Made by a program: the position numbers and the translations under genes. Under the pieces are notes generated by a model. The model was given only the letters and a program-made list of their open reading frames with translations, was not told the origin of the DNA and searched no databases. Of a DNA stretch of 64,000 bases, positions 9,663 to 18,843 are shown one piece after another (position 1 is the stretch's first letter; the number at the start of each line of letters is the position of its first letter). The DNA is from Erysipelotrichales bacterium (GTDB lineage Bacteria; Bacillota_I; Bacilli_A; RF39; UBA660), in assembly GCA_022508565.1 (NCBI GenBank), contig JAFLUY010000006.1:45149-109148 (forward strand). The letters run 5' to 3'.

Positions 9663-11273
9663 ATGAAGAAATTTAAATTCGTATCATTATTAATGGTACT
9701 AGCAGTAATGCTATTTGGTGGAGTACTTAATGTAACAGCAGCAGAAAGTATTCCAGACTCAGTTGTTTCCGATGGTTTAAGAGAAGTTGCCTATCTTCAA
9801 AATGAAGGAAAAGCATTCCCAGTAATTATGAAAACAGCTGATAATGGTAAATATTATATTTACTGTATGAATATGTCAGCAACATATGCTGAAGGTGTAA
9901 AATTCACTAAAACAGGAGAAGTAGATCCAGGATATGTATATATTCTAAATGCAAAACTTGGATTAAATGATAAAGATAAAGAATTCTTTATCAAACAAAT
10001 GGCTGTTTGGTTTTATGAAGACTATCTAACTGGTACAGAATTTAACTTAGTTAGAGAAGTAAGAGAATATATTGTCTCAAATGTAAATACTGATCCAGTT
10101 GCAGGAGAAATCTATAAATTATATAATGGCGCAAAACAATATAAGAAAAATATTGATAAATTTGCTGGTAGATTAGAAATAGATAAAAGTGCTGTAACAT
10201 TCACTGTAGATGGTGACTATTATGTATCTAGCAAAATTAAAATTTATCAAGAAAATTTATCCGGAAATATTAAATATTCTTTAACTAGTACACCTGCCGG
10301 ATCTAAAGTAGTTAAAGATGGTGAAGATGGAGTTAGGGTAAAAATACCTACATCTAAAATACCAGAAGGAAAGCAATTAACATTTACTTTAAATGTTGAA
10401 GGATCTTATATAAAATATACTGGATATTATTATTATCACAGTAATAAATATCAAAAGATGTTATTCCAAGAACCATTAGAAGCTAAAGAGGTTTTAAAAG
10501 ATAGCATAACAATGAATATTAAACATTATAAAGAAAATCATGAAATTAACATTAGTAAGACTGATGTTACTCAATCACATGAAGTGCCTGGTGCAACTTT
10601 AGTAGTTAAAGATGCCAATGGTAAAGAAATTGAATCATGGATTTCAACTAATGAATCTCATAAAATCACTTTAAAAAGTGGTGAATATAGTTTAACTGAG
10701 ACATTAGCACCTACAGGATATAAATTATCAAAAGTAACAATTTATTTTAAAATTGATGTACTTGGTGGTATATATATTAAGAATGAAAATGGTAACTATG
10801 TAAATGTTGATAAAGTAGTTATGATAAACGAACTTATTGATGTTGTAAGCGTTGCTAAGAAAGATTCTAAAACAGGAAAATATGTTAGCGGTGCTAAATT
10901 AGTTATTAAAGATGAAAAAGGAAATGTAATAGAAGAATTTACAACTAACGATACTGTTCACAGATTATCATTAAAGAGTGGTAAATATACTTTATCTGAA
11001 GTTAGTGCTCCAGTTGGATATTTACTAAGTGATGAAATTATAGAATTCGAAGTGTTTGAAGATGGAACACTTAGAGTTATGAATAATAAAGGGGATTACG
11101 TTGATAGTGCTATTTTAACTTTCTACAATACACCAGAAAGTGAAAAATCAGAAACTATAATTGACGTAGAAGTTCCAGCTACTGGAAAAACTGCTACTTT
11201 ATTAATAGTTGGTGGTATAGCACTATTAATTGGTGGAATTGCTTGTGCAAAGAAAACAATTAAAGAATGCTAA
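9663..11273 (+). CDS. sortase-anchored surface adhesin with a putative thioester (TED) domain, two CnaB-type domains and a VPATG cell-wall sorting signal
   Basis: GGGGAAGAGGAAAAA RBS, signal peptide. YCMNM and KQMAVW motifs are candidates for the Cys/Gln thioester pair. Two SpaA/CnaB-like repeats (GAKLVIKDEKGNVI...SGKYTLSEVSAPVGY). C-terminal VPATG, a hydrophobic stretch and a KK tail. Confidence 0.65.
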   Translation: MKKFKFVSLLMVLAVMLFGGVLNVTAAESIPDSVVSDGLREVAYLQNEGKAFPVIMKTADNGKYYIYCMNMSATYAEGVKFTKTGEVDPGYVYILNAKLGLNDKDKEFFIKQMAVWFYEDYLTGTEFNLVREVREYIVSNVNTDPVAGEIYKLYNGAKQYKKNIDKFAGRLEIDKSAVTFTVDGDYYVSSKIKIYQENLSGNIKYSLTSTPAGSKVVKDGEDGVRVKIPTSKIPEGKQLTFTLNVEGSYIKYTGYYYYHSNKYQKMLFQEPLEAKEVLKDSITMNIKHYKENHEINISKTDVTQSHEVPGATLVVKDANGKEIESWISTNESHKITLKSGEYSLTETLAPTGYKLSKVTIYFKIDVLGGIYIKNENGNYVNVDKVVMINELIDVVSVAKKDSKTGKYVSGAKLVIKDEKGNVIEEFTTNDTVHRLSLKSGKYTLSEVSAPVGYLLSDEIIEFEVFEDGTLRVMNNKGDYVDSAILTFYNTPESEKSETIIDVEVPATGKTATLLIVGGIALLIGGIACAKKTIKEC

Positions 11274-11889
11274 GATAACCCTTAGTATTCTTTTTTCCTT
11301 AATAGGAATTGCATTACTATTTTATAGTTATTTTGCTGGTATTAAAAGTAATTTATTTAACTATAAAAATATTAAATTGATGGAACAACAAGTATTAATA
11401 ACTGAAGCTTTAGCTGAAGTAAATGATACTGATTTAGAAGGGATATATGTTGATCCTGAAGATGATTTAAGTGCTGATAGAGCTGATAATTATATCGGAT
11501 ATCTAGAAGTACCAGATGTAAATATAAAAAGGGGATTTGTTTCATTAAACTCCAAATACAATAGTGTTGGATATAATGTAATGTTAATTGAAGGATCAAC
11601 AATGCCTGATGTTAAAAATGGTAATCTGATATTAGCAGCACATCGTGGTAATTCAGCTGTTTCATTCTTTGATAAATTATATAAATTATCTGATGGTGCA
11701 TATGCTTATGTTACTTATCATGGTAAAGTATATAAATATCAATTGAAATCAAGATATTATGAAAATAAAGATGGGGTCTTAACCATCAAAAGAAATGCAG
11801 AAGCTAGTGTTCTAACACTAATTACCTGCACAAGAGATGATAAAACTACACAAACAATATTCATATTTGAACTTGTTAGTGTAGATTAG
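11245..11889 (+). CDS. sortase (transpeptidase) overlapping the 3' end of the adhesin gene; start uncertain (GTG 11245 or TTG 11230)
   Basis: N-terminal TM anchor, LAAHRGN His motif, TLITCT Cys motif. No in-frame ATG before the TM segment. Confidence 0.7.
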   Translation: MQRKQLKNAKITLSILFSLIGIALLFYSYFAGIKSNLFNYKNIKLMEQQVLITEALAEVNDTDLEGIYVDPEDDLSADRADNYIGYLEVPDVNIKRGFVSLNSKYNSVGYNVMLIEGSTMPDVKNGNLILAAHRGNSAVSFFDKLYKLSDGAYAYVTYHGKVYKYQLKSRYYENKDGVLTIKRNAEASVLTLITCTRDDKTTQTIFIFELVSVD

Positions 11890-11905
11890 AAGGGAAGTTA
11901 ATAGT

Positions 11906-12586
11906 ATGCCAGAATTAAGTTTAATAGAAATAATTAAATATTCATTAAATTCATTATTTAATTCTGAAGTATTTATTCTTGTTATTTTAGAACTTGCAAT
12001 ATTAATAATTGCATTAGTATTCAAAAAATTAATGGATAAAAAAATTGTTGGGATGACTAGTATTATAGCTAGTTTAATAGTATTAAGTTTTTATATTTCT
12101 AATTATGTTAATACATTATTAACATTCTTAAATAACGTATCTACTAAACTTGTTGAATTAATTTATTTTCCAACAACTTTAGAGTTTATGTTAGTTATGA
12201 TTATATCATTTGGAATAATGATTGGAACATATTTTAAAAAAGAAGTTAAAAATTATATAAAAGTAATTAATACTGTTTTACCATTAACAATTTCATTCTT
12301 ATTCTTATCAATAATAGAATATATTAATGTTAATAGTGTTCCATTTGATGAGTTTAGTGTATTTACTAATCCAGTATTAATGAGTTTATATGAACTTGCT
12401 ATGGGATTATTTATTTCTTGGTTAATTGGTCTTATAGTTATAAAGATTGATAAATATATAATTGAATCTTTAACAGCTACTGTAACAAACGAAGAACCAG
12501 AAGAGGTTTTAGATTTAGTTACTGTTAACTTACCAGTAGAAGATGAAATAGAATTACCTAAGCTAAAAAATGGAGTGTTAAAATAA
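11906..12586 (+). CDS. polytopic membrane protein, hypothetical
   Basis: GAAGGGA RBS, about 5 predicted TM helices. Confidence 0.55.
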   Translation: MPELSLIEIIKYSLNSLFNSEVFILVILELAILIIALVFKKLMDKKIVGMTSIIASLIVLSFYISNYVNTLLTFLNNVSTKLVELIYFPTTLEFMLVMIISFGIMIGTYFKKEVKNYIKVINTVLPLTISFLFLSIIEYINVNSVPFDEFSVFTNPVLMSLYELAMGLFISWLIGLIVIKIDKYIIESLTATVTNEEPEEVLDLVTVNLPVEDEIELPKLKNGVLK

Positions 12587-12621
12587 AATTTACCTTATGG
12601 TAAATTTTTTTGGAGGAAAAT

Positions 12622-13668
12622 ATGGACGAAAAAGAAATCTTAGAGACTAAATATAAATTTTTTGAGTGTTTAATAGAATATAAAGAGCTAATAGAAGAAT
12701 ATTCTAAATTGGTACATAATTCTAGTGTTAAAATTAAAAGGTGTCTAGAGCGGTCTTATAATGCTAAAGATATTGCTAATGTTCGTTTTAAAAATATTGA
12801 AAACATGTTACACAATAAGCTTGTGTTTTTAGCAAAATTTTTTAACCAAAGAAATATAAATATGTTTTATTTTCAAAACCCTGAAGACGGTCAAGTATAT
12901 GCTGTTAATTTCTTTGGTAAACATATTCTTGGATACTATACATCATATTTTTCTCATTGTTTTGATTTAATTGCAGATGTCACTGATTTAACTGAAAAAT
13001 TAGCTAAAAGAATTGCTATTTATCCTTTTTGTCATAGTATAACTGCTCTATGTTCAAAGATTAACAATGGAAATGTTTATTCTTATGATAAAAAGTGTTT
13101 AGAGATAATTGCTGAGATACAACAAAAATATGCAGAGTATATTGAACTTGAAGAAAATTTATACAAAAATACACTTGATGGTGAATATCTAGATATGGTT
13201 AAATTTTATATTATTTTGATTCTTGGACAATCTAATAATAAAAAATATACTGAAGATGAGATTGGAGTATACTATCTAATTGATTGTGATTTTTGTAGAG
13301 TTTTTGGTCGCGAAGACCTTATTGAAGAAATTACAAAGATATATAAAGATTGTATGGAAAAAATGGGCTATGATCCTGAATTAATAGAGGATGATAAAAC
13401 TCCTTTCTTTACTAAATATGTTGATCCGAACTTTGATCCTCGAGAATTTATTTATAAAAGCATATCAGAACTAGCTGCTTATAAAGTAAGAAATGATTTT
13501 GCACAAATTGATGCATTATTTAAAGAAATGGCAGCATCAATTCCTTTAGCTGAAGAAGCAATTGAAAATTTAGAATTTAGTAATGATTCCTTAATGGGAG
13601 AGGATAATAAAGAAGATAATATTGGAGAAGAAGTAGGAACAGAAGAACAAATAAAAAGAATTCATTAA
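12622..13668 (+). CDS. hypothetical cytoplasmic protein (349 aa)
   Basis: GGAGGA RBS 5 nt upstream of the ATG at 12622. No recognisable motif. Confidence 0.55.
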   Translation: MDEKEILETKYKFFECLIEYKELIEEYSKLVHNSSVKIKRCLERSYNAKDIANVRFKNIENMLHNKLVFLAKFFNQRNINMFYFQNPEDGQVYAVNFFGKHILGYYTSYFSHCFDLIADVTDLTEKLAKRIAIYPFCHSITALCSKINNGNVYSYDKKCLEIIAEIQQKYAEYIELEENLYKNTLDGEYLDMVKFYIILILGQSNNKKYTEDEIGVYYLIDCDFCRVFGREDLIEEITKIYKDCMEKMGYDPELIEDDKTPFFTKYVDPNFDPREFIYKSISELAAYKVRNDFAQIDALFKEMAASIPLAEEAIENLEFSNDSLMGEDNKEDNIGEEVGTEEQIKRIH

Positions 13669-15332
13669 GAATTCTTTTTATTTGTTATTTCTTCTTCAGT
13701 ATCTTCAATTAATACTGCATGGACAACATGTCTTGTAGTATGTGAAAAACATGTTGATAATGTTAGTATTTTTGAATTGGCATTTAGTGGAACATTAAAG
13801 TTTTTCTTACTACGCGCTACTAACATATTTAAGAAATTCATATATTCTTCATCACTAACAAATTCGTTTTTCAAATAATCTTCTGTTTCATTAATTTGAT
13901 ATAATGAGAAAATTTGCCATTTCATATTTTTAGTCTGGGTATTAAATGTAATGATTTGGTTAGATGTATTGTTATACCAATTTTTATTCATCATGTTTTT
14001 GATTGTTCCAAACATTATACCTTGTTTAATATTATGTCCATATATAATTGTATTTCTATCTAAATTTTCTGGATCATTACGATAATCCATAAATATCCAA
14101 CCCATACTATTTTTCTTTTTGTAATAGTCACGATTTAAATAGTAAGAATTTGTCTCAGCTTGAACAACCGGATAGTTAATTTTTGTATTATTTACTTGAA
14201 CCCAACCAACTGTGTCATTATTTATTTTAAGCAAGTTTTCAAATACTTGGTCAAAATTTGTGTAATAAGATGAAATATAGTTACTTTTCTTTTTAGTAGT
14301 AGTTTCGGAATCGATATCTATATAATCTACATCACTTTCCGAATCATCAATATCTAAATATTCTTCAGACTCTTTTAAGATTGATTCAATATCAATAAGC
14401 TCTGATTCAATTTTATTTTGATCTTTATATTGTTGATAACTGTTTATTACTACGATAAGAGAACTTAAAATAATGATAAATAAAATAATAGATGTAAACA
14501 TTTTAAAGTTAATTTGTTTTATGAAATTAACTCTTTTATATTCTTTTGAGTAATTAAGTCTAAATCTAATATTATTTTCTTCAAAATATTTATGATATGT
14601 TTTCTTTAAATAATTAACCGAATTATATATTGAATTTAAATCATTATTTTTTTCATTAGTTTCAATCGTAATATTTCCTTTTTTATTTTCGATTATTTCG
14701 TTAACAATCGTTGTTAGTATTTCATTAGAGTAGGACACTATTTTTATTACTCTTAGTTTTGAATTTAGATTCATAAACATTTTAAATTCTTCTAAATCTT
14801 TTGAATCAAATTCGTGACTAATAACAATATATTTTTTATAATAAATATCCGAATAACTCATAAGTTCATTTATAATCATAAACTTAGAAGATGTGTTAAT
14901 ATTATTTCTGATTTTTACTTTAATATTTTTATTCATATCTAATCTTTCAACTAAATATGCAGGTATTTCAAAACATTCTATTTCTTCAATATAGTTATTA
15001 TCTGATAAAAGTAAGAATATATCGAGATTTATAGTTTTATCTGGTTTAAAAATAATTGTTTTAATATAAGAACATTCATTGATCAGTTTTAATACTGTTG
15101 ATGCAATTTCAAAATTATTGATTTGAAGTTTTGTTATATTTCCTTTAAGTATTACTAGATTAATAAAGTTAGAGACTAGTTCAAAATTTTCTTCAATATA
15201 AGGTTTTGAAAACTTCAAATCTTTGATATCGATAATATTAGTATTGTTTAAACTTTTATAGTCGACATCTTTTTTTACTTTTGAAACTATAAGAGTATTT
15301 GTTGATATTTTAAAATCGATATTATAGTTCAT
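13665..15332 (-). CDS. class B-like sortase with a 270-aa N-terminal cytoplasmic extension (LRR-like) preceding the TM anchor
   Basis: C-terminal half has class-B sortase hallmarks (VGWVQV..NYPVVQ, NSMGWIFMDYRN, IYGHN, TLSTC). A single TM segment (FTSIILFIIILSSLIVVI) lies at about residue 280. Confidence 0.7.
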   Translation of the reverse strand: MNYNIDFKISTNTLIVSKVKKDVDYKSLNNTNIIDIKDLKFSKPYIEENFELVSNFINLVILKGNITKLQINNFEIASTVLKLINECSYIKTIIFKPDKTINLDIFLLLSDNNYIEEIECFEIPAYLVERLDMNKNIKVKIRNNINTSSKFMIINELMSYSDIYYKKYIVISHEFDSKDLEEFKMFMNLNSKLRVIKIVSYSNEILTTIVNEIIENKKGNITIETNEKNNDLNSIYNSVNYLKKTYHKYFEENNIRFRLNYSKEYKRVNFIKQINFKMFTSIILFIIILSSLIVVINSYQQYKDQNKIESELIDIESILKESEEYLDIDDSESDVDYIDIDSETTTKKKSNYISSYYTNFDQVFENLLKINNDTVGWVQVNNTKINYPVVQAETNSYYLNRDYYKKKNSMGWIFMDYRNDPENLDRNTIIYGHNIKQGIMFGTIKNMMNKNWYNNTSNQIITFNTQTKNMKWQIFSLYQINETEDYLKNEFVSDEEYMNFLNMLVARSKKNFNVPLNANSKILTLSTCFSHTTRHVVHAVLIEDTEEEITNKKNS

Positions 15333-15390
15333 ACTTACTAGTCCTCTCTATTATTAATATTAACATATTTCTTATATATTTTCTATTAAA

Positions 15391-15437
15391 TTATCAAATA
15401 ATTAGATTTGACATATTATATAATTAAGTGTTATTAT
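15391..15437 (+). promoter_or_regulatory. candidate sigma-A promoter for the T-box/thrS transcript (TTGACA at 15408 with an 18-nt spacer and TATTAT)
   Basis: Hexamer match by eye; an alternative -35 lies at 15391. Confidence 0.35.
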
Positions 15438-15448
15438 ATGGGTGTAAA

Positions 15449-15652
15449 TCGATGAAGAAGGATACGATTATTAATTAGTCACTTAAAGAGAGTTTATGGT
15501 TGGTGGAAATAAACAGGAAGATTAATAGTTACTACCTTTTAAGAGAATTAATAAATTCCGGCTAATTACCGTTATTAAATTAAAGTAAGCTAAACTAAGG
15601 AATGGTACCGTGCTATGCACTTCTTGTATCATTCCTTTTTTTGTTTCTCAGG
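15449..15652 (+). promoter_or_regulatory. T-box riboswitch leader with a Thr (ACC) specifier and intrinsic terminator
   Basis: AGAGAG box near 15488, ACTACC specifier region near 15530, T-box sequence AAGGAATGGTACCGTG at 15597-15612, terminator AGGAATG...CATTCCT plus T7 at 15598-15650. Confidence 0.7.
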
Positions 15653-15659
15653 GGGTCTT

Positions 15660-16073
15660 ATGAAGAATATTGCTATTGATGATTATGTTGGAATGTCTAT
15701 GGCAGAGTTTTTACTTAATTATGCCAATTTAGATGATGATTTATCAACTGAACAAGTATTGGATATGGAGACAGCAAAGTTAACGCATCAAGATTTAACC
15801 AAACTTGGTTTACCTTATATAAAAAGGGTTCCGGTTGAGATTGTCACCGAAAATGATATATCTTCAGGCAAAATACTCATTGTCTATGATTTTAAAAGCA
15901 CAAAAAGTAATAAAAGGTGTGCGCCTTACTTAAGACCTGCATATGTTAAACAACTTGAGGAAGAGCAGTTAGCTTATATGCATCAAGATTGTGATGATGA
16001 TTCAAGACAGTCAAATGAAAAACAAACTTTAATAAGTAAAAAAGAAAAAATTAGAAAGAGGGAATTAAAATGA
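15660..16073 (+). CDS. small hypothetical protein (137 aa) between the T-box terminator and thrS; stop overlaps the thrS ATG (ATGA)
   Basis: GGGGG RBS 5 nt before the ATG at 15660. The ORF-track start at 15615 lies inside the terminator hairpin and was rejected. Confidence 0.55.
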   Translation: MKNIAIDDYVGMSMAEFLLNYANLDDDLSTEQVLDMETAKLTHQDLTKLGLPYIKRVPVEIVTENDISSGKILIVYDFKSTKSNKRCAPYLRPAYVKQLEEEQLAYMHQDCDDDSRQSNEKQTLISKKEKIRKRELK

Positions 16074-17836
16074 TTAATTTTAAAGAAGATGAAAGATTAA
16101 ATAAGTTAAATCATAGTTGTGCACATTTAATGGCACAAGCTGTTAAACACTTATTTCCAGATGCAAAATTCTGGGTAGGTCCAGTTATTGAAACAGGTTT
16201 TTACTATGATATTGATTTAGGAGATAAAGTTATTAATGATGAAGATATTGAAGCTATCTCTAAAGAAATGAAAAAACTTGTAAAAGATGGAAAAAGAATT
16301 GTTAGAAATGAAATTTCTAAAGCAGAAGCATTAGACCAATTTAAAGATGATGAGTATAAAATTGATTTAATATCAAGAATGGACGAAAACGAAGTAACTA
16401 TTAGTACTTATACTCAAGGAGATTTTACTGACCTATGTCGTGGACCACATGTTGATACAGTTAAAGAATGTAAGTATTTTAAACTTATCAAATTTAGTGG
16501 AGCATACTGGAAGGGTGACGTAAATAATAAAGTTTTACAAAGAATCTATGGAGTATGTTTTGATACAGAAGAAGATTTAAATAATTATTTACAAGAACTT
16601 GAAGATGCTAAAAACAGAGATCACAGAAAACTTGGTAAAGAATTAGGCCTTTTCATGACTAGTGATCTTGTAGGCAAGGGTCTTCCAATGTATTTACCAA
16701 ACGGTTATGTAATTTGGGATGAATTCGAAAGATATATTAAAGAAAAAGAAAGAAAATTAGGCTATAAGCATGTTTTAACTCCACCACTTGGAAATGTTGA
16801 GTTATATAAGACAAGTGGACACTGGGAACATTATAAAGATGGAATGTTTCCTAAAATGGAAGTTGAAGGAGAAGAATTTGTACTTCGTCCAATGAATTGT
16901 CCACATCATATGATGATTTATGCAAATGATATTCATTCCTATCGTGATTTACCACTTCGTATTGGAGAAGTTGCAAGAGATTGTCGTTTCGAATCAAGCG
17001 GTTCTTTAAAAGGAATTGAAAGAGTAAGATCATTTTGTCAAAATGATGCGCATCTTTTTGTAACTCCAGAACAAATTGAGTCTGAATTTAAAGCAGTAGT
17101 TAATTTAATATTGGAAGTTTATAAAGATCTTAATATTACCGATTACCACTTTGAGTTATCTTTAAGAGATAAAGAAGATAAAATTAAATATCATCCAGAC
17201 GATGAAATGTGGGATAATGCAGAAAATAAATTAAGAGAAGTATTAGATAGTATTGGTATACCTTATGTTGAAAGAATTGGCGAGGCAGCATTCTATGGAC
17301 CAAAACTTGATGTTCAAGTAAAACCAGCTGTTGGAAACGAATATTCTTTATCAACATGCCAACTAGACTTCTGTTTGCCAGCACGTTTTGATTTAACTTA
17401 TGTAGATAGTGATGGCAATAAAAAGACTCCTGTTGTTCTTCATAGAGCAATTCTTGGTAGTATAGATAGATTCATAGCTTATTATCTAGAAGAGACTAAG
17501 GGAGCTTTACCACTTTGGTTAAGCCCAGTTCAAGTTTCAGTATTACCTGTTAATAATGAATATCATTTAGAATATGCAAAGAAAGTAACAGAATTGTTGC
17601 AAGTTAATGATATAAGAGTAGAACTTGATAGTAGAGAAGAAAAACTAGGTTATCGTATGAGAGAAAGTCAAATGCGTAAAATACCTGTGTCACTAGTCTT
17701 AGGTAATAATGAAAGAGATGAAGAAACTGTAACTTTAAGATTCTATGGTAGTGAAGATAAGAAAACAATGCCTTTAGATGAATTCGTTTCATATATTAAG
17801 GAAAATAAAGAAAAAAGAACTAGAGTTTTAAATTAG
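16070..17836 (+). CDS. thrS: threonyl-tRNA synthetase lacking the N-terminal TGS (N1) domain
   Basis: HSCAHLMAQA editing-domain motif at residue about 15, class II aaRS core, C-terminal anticodon-binding domain. Collinear with ThrRS from a later point in the protein. Confidence 0.95.
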   Translation: MINFKEDERLNKLNHSCAHLMAQAVKHLFPDAKFWVGPVIETGFYYDIDLGDKVINDEDIEAISKEMKKLVKDGKRIVRNEISKAEALDQFKDDEYKIDLISRMDENEVTISTYTQGDFTDLCRGPHVDTVKECKYFKLIKFSGAYWKGDVNNKVLQRIYGVCFDTEEDLNNYLQELEDAKNRDHRKLGKELGLFMTSDLVGKGLPMYLPNGYVIWDEFERYIKEKERKLGYKHVLTPPLGNVELYKTSGHWEHYKDGMFPKMEVEGEEFVLRPMNCPHHMMIYANDIHSYRDLPLRIGEVARDCRFESSGSLKGIERVRSFCQNDAHLFVTPEQIESEFKAVVNLILEVYKDLNITDYHFELSLRDKEDKIKYHPDDEMWDNAENKLREVLDSIGIPYVERIGEAAFYGPKLDVQVKPAVGNEYSLSTCQLDFCLPARFDLTYVDSDGNKKTPVVLHRAILGSIDRFIAYYLEETKGALPLWLSPVQVSVLPVNNEYHLEYAKKVTELLQVNDIRVELDSREEKLGYRMRESQMRKIPVSLVLGNNERDEETVTLRFYGSEDKKTMPLDEFVSYIKENKEKRTRVLN

Positions 17837-17863
17837 TAAGTGAAAAATCACTTACTTTTTTTA
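17837..17863 (+). terminator. intrinsic terminator after thrS (GTAAGTGA-AAAA-TCACTTAC plus T7)
   Basis: Perfect 8-bp stem followed by a T-run. Confidence 0.6.
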
Positions 17864-17955
17864 TGTATTTATAAAAAAATATATTAATAGTCCTAACAAA
17901 ATAGGGCATTTCCAAACAAATTTACATTTCTTTTTAATTTTTTGTTAAAAAGTAG

Positions 17956-17996
17956 TTGACAAATTATTTTGATATTAATATAATGTTAATAACAAG
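17956..17996 (+). promoter_or_regulatory. sigma-A promoter (TTGACA-17-TATAAT) with an overlapping conserved 21-mer TAATATAATGTTAATAACAAG (palindromic core TGTTAATAACA); candidate NrtR operator
   Basis: Consensus hexamers. The 21-mer is identical to a second copy at 22994-23014. Confidence 0.6.
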
Positions 17997-18071
17997 AGAC
18001 AAGACTCTTGAAAAATTTTAAGTTCTATTATTAACAAAATAATAATAACAAATATGAAGGAGAGATGAATT

Positions 18072-18824
18072 ATGAATAATAACAAAGAACAAAGAGAAAT
18101 TTTAAGATTAATTAGAAAGATGAATCCAGAGCAAAGGGAAATTTTTGACGGATTACTTGAAGATGTTAAAAAATTATCAAATGAAGCAAAAGAAAAGGGG
18201 GTAACTGAAAAACAATTTACTAAAGCTTTATTTATAGTAGATATGAATAATGGGTTTGTTAATTTCGGAGCTATGGCTAATACAGAATATAATGCTTTAG
18301 TTCCTGAACAGCTTAAACTAATTGAAAGATTTAGGAAAGAACAACAATTAGTAAACTTCATTTTAGAAGGACATATTGAAGAAGCAGTTGAGTTCTTACT
18401 ATACCCACAACATTGTGTATTAGGAACACCTGAAGCAGAATTAATTCCAGAGTTTAAAGATGAACAAGATAAAGAAAATACAAAAGTTTATTATAAAAAC
18501 TCAATTAATGGAGCATTAAACTTAGACTTACAAATTGATTTAGAAGACTTACGTGATTTAAAAGAAATAGTTGTTTGTGGAGTATGTACAGATCTATGTG
18601 TATTAGATTTTGTAAGAACACTTGCAAGATACTTAGATGAAATTAATCACAAAGTTCAAATCTTTGTTGTAGCAAGTGTATGTAGTACATTTGATGCTCC
18701 AGGACATGAAAGAACTGAAGAAGAAAAACTAGCTTATAGAATGATGAGAGCTGCTGGTGTTGAAGTAGTAGCCAATATGGAAGAACTAGAACAAAGAGAG
18801 AAAGTTTTAGGCTTAGCAGCTTAA
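18072..18824 (+). CDS. pncA: nicotinamidase, isochorismatase family, with a 45-aa N-terminal extension
   Basis: AAGGAGAG RBS. ALFIVDMNNGF and VCGVCTDLCV catalytic-Cys motif. Confidence 0.75.
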   Translation: MNNNKEQREILRLIRKMNPEQREIFDGLLEDVKKLSNEAKEKGVTEKQFTKALFIVDMNNGFVNFGAMANTEYNALVPEQLKLIERFRKEQQLVNFILEGHIEEAVEFLLYPQHCVLGTPEAELIPEFKDEQDKENTKVYYKNSINGALNLDLQIDLEDLRDLKEIVVCGVCTDLCVLDFVRTLARYLDEINHKVQIFVVASVCSTFDAPGHERTEEEKLAYRMMRAAGVEVVANMEELEQREKVLGLAA

Positions 18825-18843
18825 ATATTAGGAGGAAAATATT

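Noticed and set aside
15615-15659. ORF-track start at 15615 for the small ORF upstream of thrS
   Set aside because: The first 15 codons overlap the T-box terminator hairpin and T-run. A GGGGG RBS sits just before the in-frame ATG at 15660, which is the preferred start.
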